64,000 nt of DNA from Hypanus sabinus (taxonomy: Eukaryota), in NCBI RefSeq assembly GCF_030144855.1, contig NC_082729.1, positions 35,030,001 to 35,094,000 on the forward strand. The letters are read 5' to 3'. The position numbers and the translations under genes are program-made. The notes beneath the pieces were generated by a model. The model saw only the letters and a program-made list of their open reading frames with translations. It searched no databases and had not been told where the DNA came from. This document shows positions 62,760 to 64,000 of the stretch, piece by piece (within the stretch, counting starts at the first letter, position 1; every line of letters starts with the position of its first letter).

Positions 62760-64000
62760 AGGTATTAAAGGCAGATAAATCGCCAGGGCTTGATGGTCTG
62801 CATCCCAGAGTGCTTAAGGAAGAAGCCCAAGAAATGGTGGATGCTTTAGGGATAATTTTTCAAAACTCCTCAGATTCTGGATTAGTTCCTGAGGATTGGA
62901 GGTTGGCTAATGTAACCCCACTTATTAAAAAAGGAGGCAGAGAGAAACCGGGGAATTATAGACTGGTTAGTCTGACATCGGTGGTGGGGAAAATGCTAGA
63001 GTCGGTTATCAAAGATGTGATAACAGCACATTTGGAAAGAGATGAAATCATCGGACAAAGTCAGCATGGATTTGTGAAAGGAAAATCATGTCTGAGGGAT
63101 CTTATAGAATTTTTTGAAGATGTAACTAGTAGAATGAGTAGGGGAGAACCAGTGGATGTGGTATATTTAGATTTTCAAAAGGTTTTTGACAAGGTCCCAC
63201 ACAGGAGATTATTGTGCAAACTTAATGCACACGGTATTGGGGGTATGGTATTGATGTGGATAGAGAATTGGTTGGAAGACAGGAAGCAAAGAGTGGGAGT
63301 AAACGGGACCTTTTCAGAATGGCAGGCAGTGACTAGTGGGGTACCGCAAGGCTCAGTGCTGGGACCCCAGTTGTTTACAATATATATTAATGATTTAGAC
63401 GAGGGAATTAAATGCAGCATCTCCAAGATTGCGGATGACACGAAGCTGGGCGGCAGTGTTAACTGTGCGGAGGATGCTAAGAGGATGCATGGTGACTTGG
63501 ATAGGTTAGGTGAGTGGGCAAATTCATAGCAGATGAAATTTAATGTGGATAAATGTGAGGTTATTCACTTTGGTTGCAAAAAACAAGAAAACAGATTATT
63601 ATCTGAATGGTGGCCGATTAGGAAAGGGGGAGATGCAATGAGACTTGGGTGTCATTGTACACCAGTCATTGAAGGTGGGCATGCAGGTACAGCAGGCGGT
63701 GAAAAAAGCAAATGGTATGTTAGCATTCATAGCAAAGGGATTTGAGTACAGGAGCAGGGAGGTTCTACTGCAGTTGTACAAGGGCTTGGTGATACCGCAC
63801 CTAGAATATTGTGTGCAGTTTTGGTCCCCTAATCTGAGGAAAGACATTCTTGCCATAGAGGCAGTACAGAGAAAGTTCACCAGATTGATTCCTGGAATGG
63901 CAGGACTTTCATATGAAGAAAGACTGGATCGACTAGGCTTATACTCACTGGAATTTAGAAGATTGAGGGGGGATCTTATTGAAACGTATAAAAATCTAAA
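62760..64000 (+). mobile_element. CR1 LINE reverse transcriptase region, relatively young but disrupted
   Basis: ORF 62810-63529 has [36 protein letters not shown] and IADDTKL. An in-frame TAG and a frameshift follow, and the element runs off the window end. Confidence 0.93.

Overview
This is eukaryotic, repeat-rich vertebrate DNA. The repeat set (CR1, Rex1, RTE, R4/Dong, Penelope, Tc1, Gypsy, tRNA-derived V-SINEs) and the gene families point to a cartilaginous fish, probably a batoid (inference). The host genes form a 7TM-receptor cluster. Three two-exon GPR139/GPR142-like class A GPCR paralogues are present: copy 1 (- strand, 3791-6246, intact, 326 aa), copy 2 (+, 21793-24698, intact, 322 aa) and copy 3 (+, 33277-35731, TM7 frameshifted by a 16-nt insertion, also decaying elsewhere). 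There is an exon-less relic of a fourth copy (~28.8-29.7 kb) and an intact bitter-taste-receptor-like (T2R) gene with a single coding exon (- strand, 49791-50810). The GPCR copies lie in inverted and tandem segmental duplications and share a ~140-bp promoter module (CRE, forkhead sites, TATA). Manual translation also suggests two fossil genes the ORF track does not explain: a TPRG1/TPRG1L-like pseudogene at the left edge and a degraded Ig-domain plus NACHT-like remnant on the - strand at ~54-60 kb. The rest is nested transposon debris, a 41-bp minisatellite inside a Gypsy integrase, and two assembly gaps. No databases were searched: family calls rest on motif recognition, and TE boundaries are approximate unless termini or target-site duplications (TSDs) are quoted.
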